Positions 25,242 through 38,431 of a stretch of DNA of 64,000 nucleotides are shown one piece after another. How positions within the stretch are numbered: position 1 is the stretch's first letter; every line of letters starts with the position of its first letter. Made by a program: the position numbers and the translations under genes. The notes beneath the pieces were generated by a model. It was not told the origin of the DNA, did no database searches, and was given only the letters and a program-made list of their open reading frames with translations. This DNA comes from Octopus sinensis (lineage: Eukaryota): contig NC_042998.1 of NCBI RefSeq assembly GCF_006345805.1, positions 37,634,001 through 37,698,000 on the forward strand. Direction: 5' to 3'.

Positions 25242-25385
25242 ACAGTTCTATATTTAAGAGACGAGGAATGATGTACATTATTTACATGTGACAAATTTAT
25301 CCTCATCTTGTTTGTTGTTAACACAACGTTTCGATTGATATACCCTCCAAGCCTTCATCAGGTGTCTTGGGGGAATTTCAAACCT
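25242..25385 (-). mobile_element. Solo arm of the palindromic hammerhead element
   Basis: Same terminus 'acagttctatatttaagag' as 11437; motif at 25320-25366: gacac CTGATGA..GAAA c GTT gtgtt, with a 5-bp stem I and damaged stem II. Confidence 0.8.
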
Positions 25386-25418
25386 ATTTCACTCTATGCT
25401 ATATGATACCAGAATTAT

Positions 25419-25740
25419 GTTTCGTTTTGGGATTTGGTTTGCAAGATTCTTTATATGAGTTCGTGTGTTGAAGCATATTCTATTGTGTCTGGGGAGAGTC
25501 ATTTTCTTTTTGTGTCTTATGTAACACACTCACCGGTAAAATTTCTACGTTCTTCTTTTTATTGTCCTAAAATTTTCGTTGTGTCTTGCAACCTTTCCAA
25601 TCTCTCAAAAACTATTGAACAGGTTGCAAGACGCAACGAAAATTTTAGGACAATAAAAAGAAGAAAAACAGAAATTTTACCGGTGAGTGTGTTACATAAT
25701 AAGACACAAAAAGAAAATGACTCTCCCCAAATACAATAGA
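25419..25740. mobile_element. Second asymmetric palindromic element with 11-bp TSD
   Basis: Arms about 25478-25593 and 25620-25740 are reverse complements; accagaattat at 25408-25418 and 25741-25751. Confidence 0.8.
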
Positions 25741-27519
25741 ACCAGAATTATAGTTATATCGTATTTCAACGCAGCCTTGACTATCATGTACTCTAAGGTT
25801 TGATGATCCTTCACCGAGAATAAAATCTAAGAAGAACTATCTAACACTTGAATCTTTGCTTCAATGGGTACAACAAAGCTTTACGGGAATGTCTACATTC
25901 GATGCATATGTACTGCAAATGAATCAGCCAAATGTACATAAATACTACAGCTTATTTAGCAGAAACATATGTCAAAGAGGAAATTAACGAGAATCATTCT
26001 ATATATAAATATGTACACTGATGCATAAACTCTTTCTATACAATATATGTGTCTGAGTGTAGAAACGAAAGCGAATGTTAGTGTCTAACATGCTATATTT
26101 AAACTAGCCTACAAACCTTAATGTTTGAAGATTCTTTTCCGCGTGTGTGTGCGTATACATATATATATTTCCTGCTATATTTTAGCTCTCAACGAACAAT
26201 CTATAATAAATGTTTTTAACACTCGTTTGTGGTATATAAAAAGGAATACATTTTCTTGGGCACACCATTTCTATCTTTTTTTTTTTTTTTTTTTTTAGAA
26301 GATTGTGCGTGGCAGAATTTCATGGCCATTTGATAACTGTTTCTAGAAGTAGGAATAACTCTTCTGAGGTACTGCTGACGCTAACTGCAAAGATGTCCCC
26401 CTTTATTGTTGCTGTATTGCACAATATAAGACCTGATCGAGCACGCCGAGAGTAAAATGGTGTGTGCTTGTGTGATGCGACTGTTCAATACATTCAGATA
26501 CATACAAACACATAATAACATTCAAATACATATATGTTCATGTATGTATATATATATATATATCATGTGTATATGTAACATATATATATATCATGTGTTT
26601 ATTTGCATGACTATCTACATATAACTATGTGTATGTATGTACATAATATATACATATGTGTGTGTGTGTATATATATATATAATATATATATAGTATAAT
26701 ATATATATGCAGTCTCCGTCTATGTAATCCACTCACATGTTCAGCAAGAGTTTTCATTGGAAGACGCTTGTCTCAAGCTCCCACACGCTTAGACTGAACC
26801 CAGAACCATGTGGCTGGGAAGCAAACACACACTCGTCTCTACCATGTTCTTACTGCGTATGTGTGTGTGTGTGTGTGTGTGTCTGTGTGTGCGCGTACAT
26901 ATATAAATGCAGTAAGAGCATATACATCACCAGAATCGATCTGCTTCTCTGCGCTCTGATGTCAAATCTTGCACTGATTTTATTTTGGGCTGCTGCCAAT
27001 AACAAAATTCCTCGTCATTTACGAGGGTCGATATTACAGTTTGTACGGATCTGTTTTTCTCCTAGGCCGTAAATCGGTCAGACATGGGAAACGACGGTCT
27101 CCAGTTGGTACGGAAGATTGCATGACACACTGCATGCGACGATGCTAACCCGTCAAAAGTTGAAGACTTAACGCAACTTTGTATACTCGTCATTAATGTA
27201 CACACACACACACAAACACACACACACCGTCGTCATCGTCGCCAGGTATCCAATGCCTACAGCGTATTGATGACACAAAATTTCGAAAGTCTTCCCGAGG
27301 CAAATTCCATTCCGTCTTCACCAAGTAAGCTTATTTCTGTCAAAAACTTTTATGGCGAAAATGACGTCAGCTTGCTTCTCTAAACTCACTTTAGTTCCCA
27401 TTATTGATAATTTCAATTTGTACACGAGCCAGCCACTGCTGGAGGGAATTCTAAACATGAATTCTATTTTCATGAAATATATGTGTGCGTATATGTGTGT
27501 GTATACATACATACATACG

Positions 27520-27666
27520 AGATATGTAACACACTGCCTAAATACCAATCTTGAGAAATTAGGCTTCTCAAAACCAGAAACGAGAAAGAAAATTCAAAGA
27601 CAACAGATCCAATCTGTCACTGGAACTGTAAAAATCTGTAAAACTTTCCAGAAGTTTATCATTTAA

Positions 27667-27740
<74 letters not shown>

Positions 27741-27945
27741 ATATATATGAGCATGTCTAGATATGCAACTATAGGCATAAGAATACATACGTAAAGCACA
27801 AAAATCTGCACATATATACAAGCAAACAAACAAAAATACCCTGTTGTTTATGTTGGAATTCCAATGAACGAGCCTTGGATCTAGGTTAGAAACCGGTTCT
27901 TTCTCTATTGGCACGAAATCATGAAATAAACTGAATGACTGCATA
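27520..27945 (+). mobile_element. RLE-type non-LTR retrotransposon 3' end with TA expansion in the 3' UTR
   Basis: YVTHCLNTNLEKLGFSKPETRKKIQRQQIQSVTGTVKICKTFQKFII* resembles RLE C-termini; tail 'gaaaccggttctttctctattgg' recurs near 18200-18270. Confidence 0.5.
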
Positions 27946-28129
27946 TATGCACACATACATACATACATACATTTCATGAGGCAGAAATTATAAAAATGAA
28001 TAGTAATAAAAATTAAAATTTTCATCGTATATTTCTTCTTGTTTTTGTGTTAGAAACCCTTCCACGAGACCCAAGTTGAAACGAGAAATAAGATAAAGTT
28101 CAGTTGTATGGGAGGGTGTAGTGATATGC

Positions 28130-28340
28130 GATGACTGGTGACCCTGTAGTAACCAGTCTGTTTCCCTTATTTAATGCTGATTACGTATTATTAATTATGA
28201 TAGCTTCCGTGAGTCGAAGGATGCCTCTTTTGCGTTCCGAGGCTCTGAAGGATGTAATGATGTCATGGACCAGGCGCTTCAACACGTTAGACGTTAATTC
28301 GTACGTACGGGGTTATGCTTCCGGTGTTAAGACCGTCTCG
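28130..28340 (-). pseudogene. Possible Penelope GIY-YIG C-terminal remnant
   Basis: Minus frame HDIITSFRASERKRGILRLTEAIIINNT*SALNKG resembles the L..LEA..I....P.LN end of GIY-YIG domains; weak. Confidence 0.3.
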
Positions 28341-28919
28341 TAGAGTATAATCAGATTCCTACCGGCTGCTTTCTTGTAGGAATTGGTATAAACAGGAACC
28401 CTGTATTAGAAATCGAGCAGAGAGGGGGATCCAGATATGTCAATGTTCGATCTGGCATTTGATGTATTCGTCACTGTTTTCGAACTTCTAATACAAGCTG
28501 ATTGCCTTCCTACCATCTTGTGAAAGAAGCATTAGGATATAATCCACTTAATTGCAGAAGAGGGTGCAGGAGTAGCAGGAACAAAGCACCATGTACTCCA
28601 GCTGCATTCGCTTTATGATGGCCAGCAAACTTGATGGCCTTCATCTGATCGTTACACATGATACCCGTGTCACTACACCATTATGGAAGTGTATATCTGT
28701 ATGTGTGTAATGTTATATATGTAAAGTTTCATATAAAACAATCCAAACTTGGCCAGTGCATATCCATTGACTTCTAAATTTTACCTTTGAACTCTGTGTG
28801 TGTGTAAGTTTTTGATCATCCGAATGTTATAGTAGAAGGCATTAACACATGGGGACTGAAATTGGAACCATGTATTTTAAAATCAGACTTCTTCCATATA
28901 CCCATGCAGCTAAATCAAT

Positions 28920-29085
28920 TAATTTTAGGACAATAAAAATAAGAAAAAAGTGGAAATTTGTTTCCGGTGACTGTGTTACATTATAAGGCACGAAAAGAAA
29001 ATGACTCTCCCCAGACACAACAGAATATGCTTCAACACACGAACTCATATAAAGAATCTTGCAAACCAAATCCCAAAACGAAATT
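28920..29085 (+). mobile_element. Solo arm of the second palindromic element
   Basis: Reverse complement of about 25419-25575 ('gaaaatgactctccccagacac..gcaaaccaaatcccaaaacgaaa'). Confidence 0.8.
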
Positions 29086-29894
29086 GATTCAGAGTAAAGG
29101 GCCAAAAAAGCATGTTATGAAAATAATAAGTAAATACATTATCGAACTTAAACATCTTCGTGAAATAATTGTATTGTAGCAGTGAAGTTGTTTCTGCCCC
29201 TTAATGTTTTATGTCAAACCACTTGCATGTTGACATTTACTGCTTCGCCGATGTATGTTTCCAAAAGAATCGCTTTGGCATTTTATTGTTATTCTTGTAA
29301 AAAAAATCGGCGTGACCTCTATATCAACCGATAGTGAGTCGTTATTTTCCAAAGAGTTGATTCTACTTACACAAGAGAAATTTAATGTTGGTTTGAACTT
29401 TGCATTATTTTTCTATAATATACCACAACGGTCCTTTTATCAGATGCATGAATGAAGCTATTTTCTGGATAAAAAGAAAAGGGGGAAAAAAACGTAAAAT
29501 CCATGTTTTGTCTCCATGCAATTTGCATTTAAGCCGTGATTTAGGTGCATGGAAACTATTTTCCATTTGTAATTCAACGAGTGAAAACTTGTTACGTCAT
29601 CTTCGAGTTTTAACTCCTGGCTACAGTCGAGTTACTCAAATAATAAATGGCATTGAAATATCAGTTTCTATAACTTTGTGTTGGAGTGTTGACGTTTAGC
29701 AGACTGTCATGCATCGTTCGAACAGAACAAATTTGTTGCACCGTTGCTACATAGAAATTATGAAAGCTGTGTTATTAAAACATCGAAAAGAATGGAACGT
29801 AGTTCATAGAAATATTGTCTAGCGGAATATATGCTAACATATATACATTTGTTTTATAAATGGCGTATTACGTTAAATAAACTGAATTTAGCCA

Positions 29895-30066
29895 CTACAC
29901 ACATTTTTTTCTCTCTTTGTTTTTTTACTGTGTCCCTTTCTGTAGAAGAGCGTAGGCTTGAAACGTAAAATACTTTTTCTATTCATCAGCTTATACTAAT
30001 ACATCTGTTTGTTTTGTACACCACAGGTCTTCGTCTTTTGCTTTTTTTTGTTCGTAAACTCTCCTC
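29895..30066 (+). mobile_element. Penelope-like family C end with variant hammerhead-like motif
   Basis: 29936-29971: cttt CTGTAGA a gagc-gtag-gctt GAAA c GTA aaat, followed by the shared tail. Confidence 0.55.
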
Positions 30067-30085
30067 TGTGTACATATATATATAC

Positions 30086-30162
<77 letters not shown>

Positions 30163-31019
30163 ATATAAATAAATAAATAATATGACCTTAGCTACTCAAT
30201 AGTCAGATAACCGAAGAGATGGTGTTGTGGATTTCCACTTCGGCGTCTGAAACTCAGAGTTTTATCTTGACTGTTGAGTAATTCTACATATTATTTTATA
30301 GATAAATTTCCTCTATTTACATAATATTGAGGTCTCTTTCTTTCTTTTGTTATCTTACCATTTTTACCAATATATATATATGTATATAATAGAAATACAC
30401 AATTATATTAGAATACAGAACAAAATATATTTATAAACACTCATAAACTCACAGGTTTTATACTTGTAACTAGTTTGTTAGGTGCGAACGCACGGGACTC
30501 TGGGAGCTTGTGTCGCTCCGTTACTTCTGCTATATATGATACACACACACATATACATAGCACATACACACACTCAAAAACACACATACAATACACACAC
30601 ACGAACGCACGCACACATCTATATATATACGATGCAAAACAAATTCACTGCAGAATTACATATTCATCTTCAACCGTGATTTCCACACATCATTTCTTGT
30701 ATATAAACGAATCTGTTTGGCTTTGTATGAATTCAGAATTAACCATATTTATTCGTCGTACAAATATTTACTTGCTTACAGTTAAAACATGGCTGCCATA
30801 TAAAAGAATGTATGAAGATTTAATATAGAGTGACGTTTTAGCATACGGTATGTATTCCTAAATACACGCTACTCATTATATATGTCAACATTTCGTAATA
30901 CATGTCCGTGTGTGTGCGTGCGCGCGCGCTGCATGTGTATTCTAAATGATTAATACAGAGTATGCTGGAAGCTTTATTTACCACAACGATCGTTTCGGCG
31001 TAATTCTGCACCCTTTAAT

Positions 31020-31425
31020 TATATATATATATACACACACACATATATATACACATACATACACTCACATACATACACACACATATATATATACACATAC
31101 ATATATTATATATATATATATATACACACATACACACATATATATATATACATACACACACATATATATATATATACATACACACACATATATATATATA
31201 TACATACACACACATATATATACATACATACATACACACATATATATACATACATACACACACACACATATATATACATACATACACACACACACATATA
31301 TATACATACATACATACACACACACATATATATACACACACACACACATATATATATATACGCACATACACACGCACACACACATATATATACACACACA
31401 TATATATATATATATATATAATATA
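31020..31425. repeat. (TA)/(CA) compound microsatellite
   Basis: Directly visible. Confidence 0.95.
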
Positions 31426-32066
31426 TAAATACAGATATTGATGCAGATAAATGCATAACACTTCCTGAGTTAGATATACAAAATAGATCTGCATGTTTAC
31501 ATGTAAATAGTGAAAAAACAAAGACTGAGAATATTCAGTCGATTGATATTCAAGTATAAGTATACAGATATTTATATATTGTCAGAGCAAACTTACACAC
31601 AGTATAGACAGAGAAAATTAAAGGGTAGAAGGAATGGTGTTACAAGCCCTACAGCAGTTTCTAGGGGCGGGGGCTTGGATTTATTTTATGAAGTTGGCAG
31701 CTGCAGTTCACAAAACTATGCAACAATATTGGAAGCAAATAAACATTCGATAGACCCGGAATCCGTCTTCATAGTGGAGAGATAAAAAAAATCTGATGTA
31801 ACTGCATACATTCTCGCTTTCAATTTTCTCTGTCTTTGTATGCATCGACTGAAAATTTTCAGGTTTTGATTTTCTCTCACGCTCTTTCTCTCTCTCGCTC
31901 TGTATTTGTATATATGCATTTACATATATCTCGTATATCTGGCCCAAGCTGGTTTATTCGGTTGTTTCTATCATTATACCCTTATCTGTTCACCCTGATT
32001 CCTCTTTTAACCACATTTTACCCCGTGGGCATTTTCTATATTGAGAGTATTTGGATCTCATCTGTT

Positions 32067-32103
<37 letters not shown>

Positions 32104-32117
32104 CACATAAATATAAG

Positions 32118-32245
32118 GCGCAGGCGTGGCTGTGTGGTAATAACCTTGCCTCCCAAGCACATGGCTCTGAGTTCAGTCCCACTGCATGTCACTTTAGGCG
32201 TGTGAGGGGTTTTGGAAGACGGAAACTGAAAGAAGGCCTATCTTG
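32118..32245 (+). mobile_element. SINE family A, 5' half
   Basis: 'gcaggcgtggctgtgtggtaa..agttcagtcccactgc..gacggaaactgaaagaag'. Confidence 0.7.
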
Positions 32246-33039
32246 TGTGTGTGTGTGTATATATATATTATATATATATATATATATACACACACATACA
32301 CGAGTGTTTATGTGAAAGGGCCAAGATTACTGGTTATGCTCTGCGGGATCGCAGTGTCTTGGTTTCGATTCACAGCAGAGATGTTTTCTTGAGGAAACCT
32401 TTCATTTCAGCTTGCTCCAGTGCACTCATCCGCCTAAGGGGAATACGACAAACTGGTCTTCCGTTTAATGGAAATGCCGGTCTGACCGCCTTTGAAGCAT
32501 GGCAAAATATTATAACGAGAGGAAGCGCATTGTAACCAGTGATGTCTAACAACAACTTTGGCCGATGTAGTGCTGTATACATATAGATACATATATATTT
32601 AGATAGATACAATAGATAGATAGATAGATAGATATACACACATATATCATAGACTTTTGTGTGACACATTAGATAACTATTAATGATGGTTTTAAGAGTT
32701 ATTGCTTGTACAAGAAATTTAACAAAGATGGGTTGTGATATATTTGCCTATAGCACCGAAGAATGCAAACTGGAACATTTCACTAAAAATAATTTCCCTT
32801 GTCTTTACAATGTATGGAGTACACTGGTGTATTTTAATCACAATACAATCCATGCTTATATATAGGTCTGTATCCTTTGTGCATAAATGGGCAAATAAAT
32901 ATTTGTTCCTTTAAAAAATGATACACATGAATAAGAAGAGCGATGTGTATATGTGTGTGTGTGTCTATGTATGCATTTGTGTGCGTGCGTGTATTTATCT
33001 ATATATACAAACACTCAGATATATATTTACATACATAAC

Positions 33040-33590
33040 ATATCTATCTATATATATATACATATCTAAATGCATATATATATATATATTTACATACATA
33101 TGTATATATATATATATATATATATGTATTTATATATGTATATATATATATATTCATATATATGTGTATATATTTATATATATTTATATGTGTATATCTT
33201 GTATATATATTTATATATATGTGTATATATTGAATATATATTTATATATGTGTGTATATATATGTATATATATTTATGTGTGTATATATATATATATGTG
33301 TGTGTGTATATATGTATATATGTCTACATATACATGTGTATATGTATATATATGTGTCTACATATATGTCTATATATATGTATATATCTGTGTATACACA
33401 TATGTGTGTATATATATATGTGTGTGTATACATATATGTATATATATATAGATATATATATGTGTGTGTATACATATGTGTATATATATATTGATATATA
33501 TATATATAAGCATATACATATATGTATATATATATACATATTTATACATATACAACTTGCATACATATATATCTGTGTACGTATATACGT
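33040..33590. repeat. (TA)/(TG) compound microsatellite
   Basis: Directly visible. Confidence 0.95.
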
Positions 33591-34544
33591 ACATACATAG
33601 AAATAGACACAAACACAGGCACACACATAACAGGACAAATATATATTCTGTCTTGATACATAAGAGAGGCATAGGCGTAAACATATGTGGCTGGGTGTGA
33701 GGGAAAGAAATTGCAAAAGAGACAGATTGAAAAACATGCACGCGGAATATGAAAAGCGAGAGAAGAATGGAGAATGGCTGAAAGTGAGTATATGAAAGAG
33801 AGTGAGAGAGAGACATACAGACAGACAGACAGCGGGAGAAGAAGACAGAGAGACAAGCAGAGTGAGAGACGTATGTGTGTATAACCTCATATGAAAATAT
33901 ATACATCAATTAAATTTTATTTCTTCAAATATTGTCACTACGCGAAAACACTGACATATCTATAGCTATGTAAATGTCAAGCTGACCCAGTCGTTCAAGA
34001 AAGAGGACATTTCACAAACATGTTTGGATTCATTGACAATGTTTTTATAACTCTTTCTATTATCTCATACAGACTTATTTCTTTTTTTATTAGTTTTAAC
34101 ACCACAGACACACATGCACACAATCCTAAACTGCATTGATGTATACATACGTACTTGCACATTCACACGCACACACATCCGCACAGAAATATATTCGTCT
34201 CACCGTGTACGCGTGTGTTTCTTTGTGTGCGACGTGTATATTCAATGTGCAACGAGATTTCAATGTTATCGTTTTTCAAAACAGATATCAGTACATCTAG
34301 GTATACAAAAAAATAACCGTTATATATTTGCAGTGCACAATTCATATGCACATATTTCGTGTGAATCAACACTAAATGCATCACTATGTGTTTGTTGTTT
34401 GCGTGTGTGCGCTTGTACGTCTCCTCTATAGATATATATATGCATCTACCTATCTATCAATCTATACACATACACAGACATATGTTCGCACACACACGTG
34501 TGTGTGTATATATATATCAGATTATCTGTTGCTCTTACACACAA

Positions 34545-34695
34545 CTGGCAACAATGGATCTAAGAAATGCAGCCTTGCGAAACTGAAAAATCGCGCATTC
34601 ATTTTAGATCCAAGAATTCCACCACACTACTCAAGTCCAGATCTGAAATTCTCAACAAATACAAGCATATAGGCAAATCTCTTTTGCAGGCTGCA
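34545..34695 (+). pseudogene. Penelope-like GIY-YIG endonuclease C-terminal remnant
   Basis: With one frameshift reads NNGSKKCSL/CETEK..KNSTTLLKSRSEILNKYKHIGKSLL, matching the CxLCxxEK..LNxRxE..KCRH..KFLL end of invertebrate PLE ORFs. Confidence 0.6.
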
Positions 34696-35274
34696 GGATA
34701 CAATCCCCTCTGCATTAAGCAGCTGTCTCGTAGATTTTTACACCTTTCTCCATTGACTTAATCTACAACAACTAGTGAAGCAAAACGTAAATTTAATCGT
34801 CTTTCTCATTCCTTTCGTTTTACATTTCTATTCTCCTTTCTCATTACACATCCATCTTACATATCCGTTCTTCTAGTTTTTTTTTCCTTCCTGATTTCTC
34901 ATGCAATATCACCTTACTTTTCAAGTATGTCAAACCAAGTGCTCTGAATTTGAGGATTGCTTGGAGACACAAGGCACGCTATGAAAACCAGCCTATCTAC
35001 GATTCTGTTTATCTCTGATTGGATGACATACTATTATATTGATCTTACCTTAACGGATCACTATATATATATATATATATATATAACAGGGAGATGACCT
35101 ATCTCACATTTATCAGGTGCTGAAATTTTGATGTCGTGTAGTGGAAAATAGTCTTTAATAAATAGATAGCTAAAGAAATATATGATCAAAACATAAACAT
35201 AATGTTCTCACACACATAAACAAACACCAACTCATACATATAATATATATTTATTTTATTTTTATTTTATCTAG

Positions 35275-35625
35275 TTTCAGCTCACGAGCTGTGGCCATGC
35301 TGGGGCACCGCCATTCGGTGTTGCTACATGATTTTACTTCACGAATTCTTTTTAGCAATTGACATTTGGTGCATGAGAGAGTTTGATGCAGCTGCCTTCA
35401 TCTGCACCTCCTGCCGTGAAGTTGGTTCATCTGGGACACCTGACAGGAAGAGATCCAGTTTTATTTTAAAGACATCTACATCCACCCCATACAGGTCTCT
35501 CAGGTCCTTCGGGAGGATATTGAAGAGATGTGGACCTCTGAAGCCCAGGCTATCACAGTATCTTGTCCTACATCTTGATGGCAAATTTGGAGTCCTTGGC
35601 ACTATGCAGTGGCACCCAGTTCTAG
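35275..35625 (-). mobile_element. CR1/L2-type LINE 3' end
   Basis: SLGFRGPHLFNILPKDLRDLYGVDVDVFKIKLDLFLSGVPDEP..AAASNSL, then a tail ending in (TAAAAA)n. Confidence 0.85.
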
Positions 35626-35904
35626 TATTTGTGTATATGTATGTATAAGCATACAAATATACATACATATGTTCACAAATAGGGGTATTTCAATATAAAC
35701 TTTTCAATTTTAAAATAAAAGTATACTTTTCTTAGGTTTATATGATAGAAAAATGTATGAGGAATTCAGTGTCCTTAGTCGCTTTGAACAAAAATTAATA
35801 GAAGAAAAGTTATGGGGTGAAATACCACGAAATGTCGTGTAAGGAAGTAACGCTTATGAATAAGAATATTAAACAATATATTGCTAAAATGAATGTTTAC
35901 GATG

Positions 35905-36030
35905 TAAGGTAGCGAACTGACAGAGACGGTAGCGTTCCGGGCGAAAAGATTAACGTTATTTTGCACGTCTTTGTGTTTTGATTTCAAATTCTGCCGAGGT
36001 TGACTTTGCTTTTTATCCATTTCGGATCTA
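35905..36030 (+). mobile_element. Degenerate SINE family D
   Basis: 'gatttcaaattctgccgaggttgactttgcttt'. Confidence 0.55.
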
Positions 36031-37169
36031 TTCAATTTGACGTACAGTTTATTTAATTGATGTTTTTTTAACTAAGCACTTTGAAACTTCGAATACTGGT
36101 AGAATGTGTCACATACAACAGGATTTATTCTTAACGTTTTTGACAAACTTTTGTATTTTAGAAGTTATTTCGTCACAAGTTGCTGAGTGACAATAGACAA
36201 ATTCGTGTTTGATAAGTGCCAGTACACGAAACTCTCAGGTTTTTACTTACTCTCTAACTTCTACCGATGATATGCATATTATACATATGTATGTAAAAGA
36301 AATCTCATCACGCAATCAAACCAATGAAAGAGCCTCTATCTGGTCGCTCGACACGCTAAAAATAGTAACCAATGTATCCCCCTACCTAGTATTTTATTAG
36401 GTAAAATCCTAAATTATTAGTTGACATTATTAATTATCCTATAACGGCAATGCTGGAAAAATCATGGATTACATGGAAAAATGCGAGCATGAAAAGTAAT
36501 ATTCTTAAGATTATAAACCTGGAAAAGTACAGGACAAGTTATTACACCTGTAAAAGTATAGGACAAACTATTCAAGTAAAGCATACGAAACTTTTTACTT
36601 AAAATATTGCAGCAGATAAATTAGAAGAACTATGAAATATTTTTTAATATTCAAATTTTAATTCTAACTGCAATCTTTTAAGTAAAAACTTTCTTATTCT
36701 TTACTTAAAGTAATCGTTTTCATGCTCACATTTTCCATATAATAAGTATGCATGAATATGTGTGTGTGTGCATATATGTAGGTGTCTATATATATACGTA
36801 TCTGTACACAGAGAAACACGCATTTATTCAGAGGATGATTACAACCACCAACCCACACATACACACTCTTTCTTCTCAACAAAACAACTTTACATTTCTC
36901 TCCTTGTATTTGTTTCCTTGGATGATAGATTAGAGGCGCTTATCTTTTAAAGAATGGTCAGCCTCCTGTAAACGCGTCTCTTGTGTCCGATATAATATTA
37001 TCTACTTACATTTGTTTGCTTTCCACAGCGAAGCCGTTTCAAATGTAGGCTATCAAATGTAGCGCTTAGTTTCGGATTTTCGTACACACGTTGTGTGTGT
37101 AGAAGGCACATGCATGCGCCTAGCGTATCAATATTGGTCTTAAATTTTGCTACAAGGTCAGCGGTTTGG

Positions 37170-37350
37170 GGGAAAGGGTTACATCGATTATATTGACACC
37201 AACACTCAGTCTGTTTCCATTTGATCGGCCCCCCGAATGGACAAAAGGCAAATACCCTCGGCGGAATTTGAACTCAGGACATAAAGACGGTCGAAATAGC
37301 TCTAAGCATTTTGCCCGGCGTAGTAATGATTCTGCCAACTCGCTGCCTTG
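37170..37350 (-). mobile_element. Degenerate SINE family D
   Basis: 'aaaaggcaaataccctcggcggaatttgaactcag..ctgccaactcgctgcc'. Confidence 0.65.
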
Positions 37351-38119
37351 CCTAGTGTATCAATATTATTGAATATGATATTCAGGTTTCGTAATTGGCT
37401 CCTTGTCACTACGAGGAATTAAATATTATACACAATAAGTAGATCTAACGTGTTGGTGGAAAATGCAATCTAGTTTGACACCATTAAATATTACTTGAGT
37501 AAAGTAAAAGAAGCAAGACGAAAGATAAAAAAAAAACTCCAAGCAACAGGACTTTCCAAATCGTTAGTCGGGCATTTAAACCTAAATTATTACAAGTGTC
37601 AAAAACTTCACCCATATGCATTCAGCATCCAGTTTTTCACACGCAACGCAGACAATTTATGTATATATGAATTTCCGAAGTGTAATATAATATATTGCTA
37701 TTAGATTGGATTGGTTAACTCGGTCACACAAAGGTCCGCTTTGGTAAAGTTGATGAAGTTTCCCACCGCCACCGACATCATAACTAATAACCAAAACAAA
37801 AAAAAATGCAATTATTGCCAGCATTTTTGCGAAAGAAATATATATTCTCCATACGACAGACTTCTAAGTAATTCAATCGTCCCCTGTCAGTGACTGGTGT
37901 AATTTTATGGAATCTAAAGAGACGTACGTCAACCTCGATCGAAGTCGAAATACAAAAAGGAATGGAACACGTAATAATCAAGCGACTAATGCGTTTTGAC
38001 AGTGATATACAAAGTTATCACATGGTGATATCAGACGTATATGCATGGCACTCATAAGATATGTCTTTTTGTCTAAACCTGTATGTCAGCGAATGTGAAT
38101 GTAAGCAAGTAAATATGAC

Positions 38120-38388
38120 AGGCGTGTGTGTATGTGTATGTGGGTGTATCTATATATATATATGTGTGTGTGTGTATCTATATATATATGTGTGTGTGTG
38201 TATATATATATGTGTGTGTGTGTGTGTGTATATATATATGTGTGTGTGTGTATATATATGTGTGTGTGTATATATATATATGTGTGTGTGTATATATATA
38301 TGTGTGTATATATATATGTGTGTATATATATTATATATATATATATGTGTGTGTATATAATATATATATATATGTGTGTGTATATATA

Positions 38389-38430
<42 letters not shown>
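38120..38430. repeat. (TA)n(TG)n alternating microsatellite
   Basis: Directly visible. Confidence 0.95.

Positions 38431-38431
<1 letters not shown>

Noticed and set aside
25660-25720. Hammerhead in the second palindrome
   Set aside because: A tgtgt/acaca hairpin is present, but the flanking sequence (ccggtga, aaaa) does not match the catalytic core.
27020-27192. Possible mariner MITE (tacgagggt..ctcgt)
   Set aside because: TIR match too short and degenerate to call; the same applies to 'tacgagg' near 21474.
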